Made by a program: the position numbers and the translations under genes. 64,000 bases of DNA. Origin: Eledone cirrhosa (lineage: Eukaryota). The stretch spans positions 218,240,001 to 218,304,000 of the forward strand of contig OZ024743.1 in NCBI GenBank assembly GCA_964016885.1, written 5' to 3'. Below the pieces are notes generated by a model. It did not search any database. It was not told the origin of the DNA and saw only the letters and a program-made list of their open reading frames with translations. Below are positions 1-11,624 of the stretch, in pieces (the first letter of the stretch is position 1; each line of letters begins with the position of its first letter).

Positions 1-1129
1 TATTATCACCCAGATAATGCTTAACTGGAATTCCTACGGCATATAAACAGACGTGAACTTGCCAAACTGTAGGGGCATTAATTTGTCGTAAATATTCGAC
101 ATTTCGTCGATAGTACGCAGAATTTAATTATTTGGTTAGTTGCTTAATATTGTCGTTTTGTCTTTTTACGAGAGGAAGTTTCACCCAAAGATTAATCTCT
201 GTATAAAAAATTTGGCTAAGGATATATTTTAACTCTTATACTCTTCACTTTCCAAGCTAATTTTAGACATATTATCATTGATGGTATTTTGATGTTGGTA
301 GTTAACATGACTGCAAGTTATAGCAGTCGAGGCAAATTTTGATGTAAATTTTTGTAAAATGTGTGATCACACTGGCTACAATTTAACCTTGTAACATGAT
401 GGCCTGTTATGACACGCGTTGATTGCATATTCGATTTAGGAGGTTTTTCACTTAGTGTTATGTGTACGGGTTCCACACTTTCATTATTGCTGGCCTAAAG
501 TAGAAACAATTATTGTTTTAAATAATGTTTATGTTATTTTTACGTTCGGCAAACGTTGCGTGCTGGCATAATTGTTTGGCTGTGAAATAATTTAGCTCTG
601 AGTGAAATTCTTCCCAGTGTAACATCACTGTGTTCATATAGCCAACAGAGGGATGGTTTTTGCTTTTTTATAACAATTAAATAGATCTTTATCGAGTTCA
701 TAGCCCAAAGAAAAATGCGTTTTATAGTTTAAGTTCCTTCTGTAACTACAACTAAAACTATCCCCTTTAACTTTACTGTTGCGTTTCTTCGATTCAATGC
801 TGTTAAGTCTATTTCCAGCTACGTTGTCTGTAGCAAATTCTAATAAAGTGAATTCAATATTTAGACGGATATTCCGACGACTTCAAATAAAATGTGTCTT
901 CAGAAAATATCATCAGAAGAATATATAGTTATTTAACAGTGGCATTACTGGTGGAGATAGCATTCATCTTCAATTTAATGAATAGTCTCCCACGCCATAT
1001 GTACGACTACTCTCATCAAGTATGTATGTATGTAAGCATGCATGTATGTATGCATATATGTATATATGTTTGTTTGTATACATGTACTGTTTCTCACTAA
1101 TAATGAGCCAGATTCTAACTCAGAAACAT

Positions 1130-1170
<41 letters not shown>

Positions 1171-1227
1171 CATATATACATACATACACATATAGATTTT
1201 CTTATAATAAATATACATATATATATA

Positions 1228-1507
1228 GAGCTGTATGGGAGCCTCCCAAAAGTCACCTCAAAAGTGACACAGAGGAGACTGAGGTTAGCTGGACATGCTC
1301 ACCGACATCCAGAGTTGACATTGCACTCAGTGCTCCTGTAGAAGCCCCTACATGGACACACTGGAAGAGGAAGACCAAGGTTAACGTATGTTGATGCCCT
1401 AAGGACAGACACTGGTCTGTTGGAGACGCAGGACATGGCAGCAATAATGAGGGATAGAGACCGCCGGAGAGAACTCGTCCATGGATCTCGGGAATTTTAC
1501 CCGCCCT

Positions 1508-1510
<3 letters not shown>
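1228..1510 (+). mobile_element. RTE-clade LINE 3' end fragment (degenerate) between (TA)n tracts
   Basis: Translates as [55 protein letters not shown]...MRDR, the typical RTE C-terminus (RRLRxxGHxxR...RGRP); it has an internal stop. Confidence 0.8.
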
Positions 1511-1559
<49 letters not shown>

Positions 1560-1639
1560 GGTGCACTTTTAGGCTGCGACCAGCCACACGCAACTGTAAC
1601 AGATCCTGAATAAGCAATGCCTGTGCTTTGAAGGTTTTT

Positions 1640-1711
1640 TTATATATGTATGTATACATGTACATGTATACATATATATATATATACATACATATATACA
1701 TATAAATATAT

Positions 1712-1756
<45 letters not shown>

Positions 1757-1853
1757 TACATACATATATACATATATATATACATACATATATATACACA
1801 TATATACATATATATATATATATATATACATACATATATACATATAAATATAT

Positions 1854-1904
<51 letters not shown>

Positions 1905-2099
1905 CATATATTTATATATACATACATATATTTATATATACATATATATATATACATATATATATGTACATATATATATATATGTACATGTGTATATATA
2001 TATATATATGCTCATATATATATATACAGATATATATATATATATACATAGATATATATATATATACATACATATATACATATATATGTATATACATAC

Positions 2100-2135
<36 letters not shown>

Positions 2136-2203
2136 GTACATACATATATACATACATATTCATACATACATACATACATACACACATACACACATACATA
2201 TAC

Positions 2204-2234
<31 letters not shown>

Positions 2235-2266
2235 CATATACATACATACATACATACATACATACA

Positions 2267-2300
<34 letters not shown>
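1640..2300. repeat. (TA)n/(TACA)n compound microsatellite
   Basis: Directly visible; the source of the YIYI pseudo-ORFs. Confidence 0.95.
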
Positions 2301-2301
<1 letters not shown>

Positions 2302-2637
2302 TATATTATATTACTTCTGTTGCTCATCTATAAAATTAATTTAATTTATAATAGTGCCGTCAGATAAATTGCAGTCAGTCGGGCTGTTGTTCTAGCTACC
2401 ACTTGCTTTATTTTTATCTATTGCGTTACTTTTTATTGCTTTTATATTTATATTTTACATTTACCTTTATTTTATGTTAATATCATGTTTATATAGTTAC
2501 CACTTTTATCAATCTTCTATGCCTCCATTTATCCATCCACTCACCTACCTACGTATATATTTATTTGTCTATCTTTGCATCAGTCTGTCGACTGTCTATC
2601 CGTCTTAATGATGCCAATTCTATTCTATCTCGTAGAT

Positions 2638-3293
2638 CAGGTTTTCCCAGCCATTTTTGCGTCATCGTCACCTTTCACGTGGATAAAGTTTTCCAACGCC
2701 CACCTGTATAGTAAATGTTGAAAAGCATACCTAAAGTGTCTTGTAAAAGTTTGTTACTGGTTCATTATTCCCATTTAGCGTCCTATTATTTTTAAATACA
2801 GGTTATTTGCATATCTCCTTTGAATATTTTTCAGGTAGCATATGTTGAAATACCTTCTTAATTCTCTGGAGCAGATACAAACTATGCAGTGTGGAAATGC
2901 CTCAACAGATTAAGAACTAGTGTTGGTCGTGCAAAAGTCAATCTGGCAAAATGAAGATATTTAAAGGATGGGGACGTTGTATGGACTGCAGCATCGAACT
3001 ACAGACTACGCAGCACCTCCTGATATGCCCATGCTGGAACACCCCTGCAGGGCATTGAACTTGGCAGAGTTTAATAAGAAAGCACAGCAATGTGTTCAGT
3101 TGTGGCGGAACCACATCTAGCCAAGCTATGTAGTTGACACTCTTGTGGACACGATAAGAAGAAGAATACTCAAATCTTGTGTCGTACACCAAAATCTGCA
3201 GTCGCCAACCCTTTTCAGTTCAGTTTCTCAACGCCTACCCAACAGTTGAAATTTCTCACCGGTGAGCGATATCACCAAAGTTAGGAAAACCTG
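2638..3293. mobile_element. Non-autonomous hAT DNA transposon (MITE)
   Basis: TIRs CAGGTTTTCCCAGC / GTTAGGAAAACCTG (12/14 complementary); 8-bp TSD tcgtagat (2630-2637) / ttgtagat (3294-3301). Confidence 0.75.
2850..3166 (+). mobile_element. Vingi/Ingi-like LINE 3' fragment nested in the hAT element
   Basis: SGADTNYAVWKCLNRLRTSVGRAKVNLAK* then, in another frame, CMDCSIELQTTQHLLICP (C-terminal zinc finger); ends GACACGATAAGAAGAAGAA; the 5' boundary is approximate. Confidence 0.6.
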
Positions 3294-4348
3294 TTGTAGA
3301 TTCTATATTTGAGGTATTAAACTTGTATGTATCAATGTCGTAATTACTTTATATATTACTATGTCCATAACTTATTGTATTATCTCTGAGGTAAAACATT
3401 GTTCCATACTCAGTGTTTCTGTGTGACTGACTGTGCCCTCTTATATGTAAACTGGTTCGGTTACGTGTGGGTGTGTGGTAAGAATTTCAATTTCAGCATT
3501 ATTTATCGATCTGCTTGGTTTTTCTAGACGTATGTTGAAGGACCACGTCGGTTCACTTTGATTGTACCTACATCAATGTTCTCAATTTTCTTATCTATAC
3601 AACAATCTGTTTCTTTTATACTGGTTGTAGAAATAGCATTACACGGTCCCTCTAGATACCTCATGCGGTATATCTCGCAGATTGTCTGTCAATTGATTTC
3701 ACAAATTCAACAGTTTGTCAAAAGAAAATGGTATGTCAAATGAATACGACTTACTAATAAGTGATTTAATACAGCTGCCAAATGTTACGACCAATTTAAC
3801 TATAAGTTACAAATACACGCACATACACCCACACAAACCCCACACACACACATATATATATACATGTGTGTGCACACATACTCACACATATATATTTATA
3901 TATACATGTATATATACATTTATATATACATATATATATATATACATTTTATATTTATATATACATGTATATATACATGTATATATATATATATGGAAAA
4001 GAATGAAACGAAATTTCATTTCTCACTCTTAGTACGGCTGATACTTAAATGTAAGTATGTATGTATAACGTACATACATATATGTATACAGACGTACAGT
4101 AGTATGTATATCTATACATACATGCACACATATATATATATATATGTACGTATTGCGTTTACATCTATATATATATATATACATACTCCATTTATCTTTA
4201 GACATATCTCTAGCTATCTGTACCTATCAGCCGCCAATCTAGTTTTAGTATCTTGTAAAAATGTGACTATTACTCACTTCTCTCAACCTCTCTCTGTCTC
4301 TCTCTATATCTATCTATCTATCTATCTTGGCGGCAAAAAAAATACTCT

Positions 4349-5507
4349 GTGTCGCCAATTCGGTCCACACACTACACCTTCTTCCCTACCTACATGGGTA
4401 AAAAAACCCAGAGGATATGGATAACCACCATCACCCCCAAACATAAACTACTGGTGGTTACTACCGGTTTCCTCAATTTAGACGAGGACAACCTCATCTC
4501 AATAGGGAAGGCATCCGGCGACGCGTTCAGTGGAACGAGCATCGAAGTTCTGACCCAAATAAGGCCAGAACGCATCGCCCAAATCCCTGAGCGCGTCATG
4601 CTGGATGACCGTACCCACCTCAACATTATTGTGGAGGGTAGGCGTCCCTCCTGTTACCTCTGTGGCAATAGAGGTCACCTGAGGGCTGCCTGTCCCCAGC
4701 TCACACAGAAAAAAACACTGCTACCAACACCAACACCACCCCAACTACAACAACAAAAACAACCACAACAACAACAAAAACCAACAACCCACAACCACCA
4801 CCACAACAACAACAACAACAAAACACGTGAAAAAATAACACAGAATACTGTCCCACCCAAATCCCTCCCCACCCAAAACAAATACAAAAACACGCACACC
4901 GCAAACACTACCAGAAAAACATACCCCTCCCACCCAACAAGGAAGACGAACCTCTTTCGTCGCAAGACGAAAAAGATCCCTTCCAACAAGTAAAAAGAAA
5001 GAAGAGGAGACGCACCACAGACACACATGTTAACTTTAATCTCCCCCAAGAGAACACAAACTACACACAAACCACCACCCTCCCTGTCACACAACACTAA
5101 CTGCTACACAAAAAAAGACATTACAATACACATACATGAACACAGACAACAAAGAATTACGGAAAACAATTTCAGCAAACCCTTCGGTCCAAACCGAAGG
5201 GCCAAACTTTATAACTGCTGTGGGACTACCTCATTTGAAAATGATAAAAGTCCCAATGCACTTGTACAAAACACTGAAAATAAATTTCACGGAGGACGTG
5301 GGCCCCCCCTGCGCCAAACCAATCAACCGCGTCCTCCTAAAAAATTTCACCCCCCCACCTCACCCAGACACCCACTCAACGACAAACACCCCAACCCCAC
5401 AACACACCGATGCCCCTTCACTTCCACAAACCACAACCCCACCCAACAACCCATCCCCAACCAGCATGGAAATTGAGCGGCCCGTTTCCCGGGACGCAGA
5501 GAGGTAA
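4349..5507 (+). pseudogene. Tx1 ORF1 (gag-like), probably 5'-truncated and frameshifted
   Basis: CCHC knuckle CYLCGNRGHLRAAC followed by a P/T/Q-rich region; stop at 5507 just before the ORF2 ATG. Confidence 0.75.
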
Positions 5508-5531
5508 GTGCCTTTTCTCTTTACCACCAAC

Positions 5532-8500
5532 ATGGCTGTGCTAAGAGTAGGGTGTCTAAATGCGCGTGGTCTGGGCTCGTCTTGGAAGCAAGCAATGCTT
5601 CTAAATGACCTCAGGTCACAATCTATAAATTGTGATGGTTATCTGCGAGGCCCGGATCAGCAGCATGCGACAGCTAGCCCCCACCTTTGACGACTTTGAG
5701 ATGCACGCATCACTCTGTCAGCCCGGAGGTGGGGGTGGGGTTGTCGTTCTGCTGCAAAAACATATGGGCCTTGCAACACAGATAGTTCACTTGGACCAGG
5801 GGGTCGACTGGTGGTGCTGGACCTTGGCAGTGGTGAAGGTAGAGCCCTTAGGCTGATAGCCGCATATGCCCCTTTTGGGACAGAGCGGCCGACTTTTTCC
5901 AGCGTCTGGAGTCTTTTCTAGGGACGTCCCGTTCCCTGCTTTTAGTGGGGGATTGGAATGGTATCCTGGATGCACGTTGGGACTATGCAGGGGCATGTCC
6001 CGATAGAGAGGGGGGTGCAACAGCCTCAAGGGGTTACTCGGCCGATTTGACCTGGCCGATAGATTTCGACTAGATTTTTCCCGACGGTGCCAACCTGGTC
6101 TTGGTCAAATCGCAGCGGATCATCTAGATCGTACCTAGATAGATTTTTAGTTAGAAATAAGGACAGGACTTTTTAAGTTGTCCCAGAAATTGCCTCATGT
6201 TGGCTATTCAGGACCTACAAGTTGGTGACCTGCATGGTCAACCTTGATAGAACGCATAGACAGGGCCCAGGTTACTGGAAGCTCAACTTGTCCTTGCCGG
6301 CAAGTAGAGCCTACAGGAATCGGATTAGTACGTTAGTTAAGGAACGGTTGACTGGAGCGATCGTCAACAGCAGGTGGTGGGTATCTCTAAAGAGAGAGAT
6401 TAGAGTAGTCTCGATTGAATTTAGTAAGGTTCTAGCTGCGGATAGGAATAGGAAGGAAAGGGAGCTAATAGATAGAGTAGAAGAGGCAATTAGAAGCGGC
6501 GACGTGGCCAGAGGTGCTAGCGTCGAGAACGGCTTTGAGCCAGTTTTTCGACGCGAAGCACGAAGGCTGCGTTGTCCGAAGTAAAATACGTGCTCTAGGG
6601 AACGAGGGGGCCAAAGCTGTTAGCTGGGCCCGCGTGACAGAGGCCAACAGTGGAACTAAATCCACCATCCGGTCTTTGCGAGACCTGGATGGACGGCGAT
6701 TCTTGAGCCTAAGCAGATGTGTGAGGCCTTTCAAAGGCACTTTGCCCGACTGTTCGGGAGGGGCGGGGAGCCGGTTGGGAACGTGGACTTCGGTCCATAC
6801 CTCGACGGCGCTGCCGCGCCTCTCGGACAGGGAGGCGAAGTCTTGCGAGGAGCCGATTTCGGCCGCTGAGATAGAGGACGTGCTGGGCCAATGCGGCAAA
6901 CGCAAATCCCCGGGTCTCGATGGTCTTCCTTACGAAATTATATCTAGCTATGCCGGACTTGTTCCCCGATCTCCTCGAGGCGGTCTACTGCAACTGGCAA
7001 CAGAACGGGAGAATTCCCTGTACTGTGACCAAGGGCGTAGTCACGCTAGTGAGGAAGGACGAGAACAAGGGGGACGAAATAAGTAACTTCAGGCCCATAA
7101 CTCTGCTAAATACAGAGTTACAGATTTTGGCCAAGGTGCTAGCAAAGAGGTTGGCGCTTGTCGTGGGCAACCTGGTGGGAGATGCGCAGACATGCGCTAT
7201 CCCGTCCAGGTCCATCCATGACAACCTCCACCTCATGCGATACATCATAGAGAGGGTTGGGAACGAACCCGGCTTTGGTGGGGCTCTGATCAACTTGGAT
7301 CAATCTAAGGCGTTCGATAGGGTCGACCATGGTTACCTGGATGCGGTGCTAGCGGCGGCAGGCTTCGGACCCGTTTTCAGGGGCTGGATCACTGCTATGC
7401 ACAGCAGCCGCATCTGCTCTAGGGTCAAGGTGAACGGCTACCTCTCGGAGCCGTTCAAAATCGCGCGGTCCATCCGACAAGGGTGCCCTCTCTCCTCCCT
7501 TCTGTATGTGTTGACTCTCGAGCCACTACTGCGGAAGTTGGAGTTGTTGCAGGGCATCCCTTTGGAACCGGGATTGCGGAAAGCGGTGTCAGCCTACGCC
7601 GATGATGTGACAGTAATGGTGTCGACGGCCTCCGAAATCGAGGCGGTCGGCACCTTACTGGAGGAGTACGAAAAGTTCACAGGGGCTAAGCTGAACCGGG
7701 ACAAGTCGATCGGTTTGCAACTCGGCACGTGGAGGGGCAGACCGATGCCCTCCGATGGCGTCGTCGGACGCTGGACGGAGGGCCCGGTGAAGTTGCTCGG
7801 GGTCTGGTTCGGACCGGACCTCCAGGTGGAGAAAAACTGGGCGGAGGTTACGAACAGGGTGTTTGCACTGACCCAGAAGTGGGCCAGTTGCAAACTATCC
7901 CTGAAAGGTCGGGCGGAGGTGGCGAACACTTATATAGCGTCCGTCATCTACTACCGCCTGACCGTAGTGCCCTGCCCAAGGGAAACCCTCACCAAGATGG
8001 AGCGCGCGCTCTTCCAATTCCTTTGGAAGGGGCGGGCTCCTATGGTGAGGAGATCCATCTGCTGTCAACACCCTTCGAAAGGAGGGCTGGGGATGCCGTG
8101 GCTAATGATGCGTAAACACGCATTAAGGCTACGGCACCTCTACGTATTCCTCACCGGACAACCGGTGTGGGCCCCGTTTGTGAGACGAACCTTTCCCAGA
8201 CTCGTCTCACTCACCGAACTGCAATCCTGGGTCAAGCAGAGACCGAGAAAACTGGGCGCCTGGCACACTGAGTGTGCCCAGGCGCTCACCGCCCTCTGGC
8301 AGGCGGATCCGGTTATCAGTGGAGACTCCACCGCAACATTCTATAGAGGGCTGGTACGCAGCAGGTGCGACGACGCCCTCGGAGAAGCCCTAGACATGGA
8401 GGAGGACGAACTGGCCAGCCTGTTCGGTAGGACATTCAGCCCGGGACCTATGGACAACTTCCAGAAGTCCCTGGCCTGGCAGTACTACCGAGGGGCTTTA

Positions 8501-8977
8501 CCCGTTCGAGAAAGGCTCTACAGACACGGGCGCCCGGGTAGGGACCCCGCCAAAAAGATCTGTCCCAGATGCGTGTGCGACGAGGAACCGTTGCACACGC
8601 ATTGGTACACTGCTCGGGCGTAGCCGATCTGTGGGGCTATGTCGAACAACTGCTGTCAAGGGTGGGGACCGATCCGGTTGACCACCGAGTTCTATTGTAA
8701 TGATCAAGCGCCTCCCCCCTTCAAAGATGAAGCAGAGGCGGTGTTTCTGTGCGTAATAGCCGTGGCGAAAGAGGTTGTATGGTGACGCGTCTGAAAGGAC
8801 TGAGGTCGGGCGCCTTTCTCTCTGGCCAACAACTGGTCCGTTTCTTCCGATATCATTTCGGAAGAAGGATCAGGATGGAGAGAGAGGTGCTGCACCCCAG
8901 TCGTTTTTATGAAAGGTGGGTGAAAGTGGCGAGAATTGGCCCGTGTGAATGGGCCTTCTCTTTACATAAGCCTGTAG
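5532..8977 (+). pseudogene. Tx1 ORF2 (AP endonuclease + reverse transcriptase + C-terminal zinc finger), multiple frameshifts
   Basis: MAVLRVGCLNARG, GPGYWKLN, KSPGLDG, FRPITLLN, LDQSKAFDRVDH, RQGCPLS, AYADD, GGLG, CPRC; pieces lie in several frames. Confidence 0.9.
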
Positions 8978-9244
8978 GTGGAAAAGAGGAAGGAACGAGG
9001 GAGCACCCCCTCTCTGTTGCTCCTGAGGAAAAGGGTTGCACACTTTTTTCGGGGGTGTGTGCGACCCCCCCAAGGCGGCTCCTCTCTATTGAGGATTTTG
9101 TTAAAATTTTATTTTTTGTTATATCTTATTTTATTTTATATTTTGTTATTGCCTCCTCCTTATTGAGGACGCCCTTTTTTTTGTGTAAACTCCCCCCTTT
9201 GTACTTGTCCCACTTTTGATGCCCTAGTGGCAAATAAAAGAAAC

Positions 9245-9289
<45 letters not shown>

Positions 9290-9525
9290 AGGAAAAAGAG
9301 GTAGAAAGGAAAGGGAGTACAAACTCTTCGTATTCCTGGAGATGAGGGTTACACATTTTTTTCGAGGGTATGTGTTACCCATATGAAATGTCTCCCCTAT
9401 TGGGGAAAATCGATTAATTTTTAAATTGCATTTGTGATAGTATTTTACACGTTTTTATTGTATGTAAACTTCCCCCTTTGTATTTGTCCCCTTCTTTTGT
9501 GCCCCTGTGGCTAATAAAGAAAGAT
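9290..9525 (+). mobile_element. Older, diverged Tx1 3' UTR fragment in tandem with the long copy
   Basis: Resembles 8978-9243 (ggaaaaagagg...tgtaaacttccccctttgtatttgtccc...aataaagaaa) and is followed by (TATC)n. Confidence 0.7.
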
Positions 9526-9621
9526 ATCTATCTATCTCTCTCTCTATATATATGTGTGTGTATGTATATATATATATATATATGTATATATATGTATATG
9601 TATATATATGTTATATATTAT

Positions 9622-9697
<76 letters not shown>

Positions 9698-9807
9698 GTA
9701 TATATATATATATGTATATATATATATGTATATATATGTATGTATATATATGTGTGTTATATTATATATATGTGTATATATAATATATATATATATATAT
9801 ATTTATA

Positions 9808-10005
9808 TAACGGAGGAGTTGTGGTAAGGAACCAGATGGACCATAACGCACTAGAGTACTCAATACTTAGGGTAGTAGAGTGGGTAATAGGAGAAAGTAT
9901 GACCCCAACGGCAGAGCTGAAGCCGTTTCGACGGCTATTTCTGGACTACTTTAGTCCAGAAATAACCATCGAAATGGCTTGAGCTCTGCCGTCGGGGTCA
10001 TACTT

Positions 10006-10009
<4 letters not shown>
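9808..10009 (-). mobile_element. Short non-coding foldback element, family A (Penelope pLTR-like), in (TA)n
   Basis: ~57-bp inverted arms 9891-9948 / 9953-10009; homologous to 55617, 60435 and 61151. Confidence 0.7.
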
Positions 10010-10076
<67 letters not shown>

Positions 10077-10377
10077 CTATCAGCAGACTTTTTCTCCATT
10101 CCTACTTTATATTCTCTTCATCTTACTTCTACTTTCCTCAGTCCAACTCTTCCATACACATGCACACCTACAAACGCTCACATATACATACATACATATA
10201 TGTATATATACATATATATATAGAGAGAGAGAGATGAGCGTATGTGTGTATATAGTTTCTTGTCTCAATTTCTTTCTCATTTTATTTCTCCCTCTCTTAT
10301 TATCTTTCGTTTTCCTCTCCCCGTTCTTCCGCCTCCCTGCTCTCTCCCCCCCCCCCCCCCTCTCCCCACCATCCTCT

Positions 10378-10419
<42 letters not shown>

Positions 10420-10422
10420 CTC

Positions 10423-10458
<36 letters not shown>

Positions 10459-10596
10459 CCTCTTCCTTTCCTCTTTTCCCCCTTGAGTCTAATAAATATG
10501 CAGTTCTCATTTCAAGCCATAAATTCTAATAAATAAACCATTTCGGTCTAATGTCTCATATATTCTCATATCTCTGCATCCTAACGACATCGCCAA

Positions 10597-10597
<1 letters not shown>

Positions 10598-10687
<90 letters not shown>

Positions 10688-10757
10688 ACTACAACTACTA
10701 CTACTACTACTATCAGCACCACCACAACCACTACCACTACACCACCACAATTACTAC

Positions 10758-10819
<62 letters not shown>

Positions 10820-10914
10820 GCTGCTGCTGCTGTTGCTGCTGCTACTACAACTACTACTACTATCAGCACCACCACAACCACTACGACTACACCACCACAA
10901 TTACTACCTACCAC

Positions 10915-10947
<33 letters not shown>

Positions 10948-10997
10948 TCAGCACCACCACCACTACTACAGGCAGCTGCTACTGCTGCTGCTGCAGC
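10598..10997. repeat. (CTA)n/(CTG)n trinucleotide tracts with an internal duplication
   Basis: Directly visible. Confidence 0.9.
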
Positions 10998-11040
10998 TAA
11001 AGCAACACCACCACTTACAAAACTGCCACCATTATTATCT

Positions 11041-11228
11041 GAATTGGCAGTATCGGTAGAGGGTCGGACGCCATGCTTTACAGCATAGTTACGTCCCTTT
11101 TACGGTCTGAGTTCAAATCCCCTCGAGGTTAACTTTGCCTTTCATCCTTACGGAGTCGATAAAATAAAGTACTAGTAATGTACTGGGTAATTGCTGGCCT
11201 TGTGCCAAAAAGTAGAAAACAATTATTA
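11041..11228 (+). mobile_element. tRNA-derived SINE (cephalopod-type)
   Basis: A-box-like TGGCAGTATCGG, B-box GAGTTCAAATCC, core ttaactttgcctttcatccttacggagtcgataaaataaagtac; several copies in the window. Confidence 0.8.
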
Positions 11229-11364
11229 TCACTTCTACACCCCTATCAAAACACTATAATCATCATCATCATCATCGTCATCTCTACTACCACTAAAAAC
11301 AAAACTAAAATCCTCCATACCACTAATACCACTACTGTCACCAGTGTCAGAACATTACCATCAT

Positions 11365-11547
11365 TATCAGTATGGGTAGAGGGTCGGACGCCATGCTTTG
11401 ACGTATTGAGTTACGGCCCCTTACCATTCTGAGTTCAAATTCCGCCGAGGTTAACTTTGCATTTAATCCTTACGGGGTCGATAAAATAAAGTACCAGTAA
11501 TGCACTGAGTAATTGATGGTCTTGTGCCAAAAGTAGAAACAATTATT
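11365..11547 (+). mobile_element. tRNA-derived SINE, same family
   Basis: Homologous to 11041-11228. Confidence 0.8.
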
Positions 11548-11624
11548 CCTACTAACAATGACCCTATTACTATACCCAATACTACATAACTATAACCACT
11601 CATAACTAGCCACTGCTAGCAGAA

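Larger units (their letters stand above)
4328..9243 (+). mobile_element. Tx1-clade (L1 group) LINE, long copy with frameshifts, inserted in (TATC)n
   Basis: ORF1 with a zinc knuckle; ORF2 APE-RT-zinc finger; 3' end AATAAAAGAAA; (TATC)n on both sides. Confidence 0.9.

Noticed and set aside
894-2367. YIYI/MYVC/HTHT ORFs here and throughout the window
   Set aside because: Translations of TA, CA and TACA microsatellites
5600-8977. Programmed recoding in the + Tx1 ORF2
   Set aside because: The indels are private to this copy (copies A and B are open over the shared region); decay or sequencing error
11041-11228. tRNA gene
   Set aside because: A and B boxes are present but there is no cloverleaf; it is the head of a multi-copy SINE
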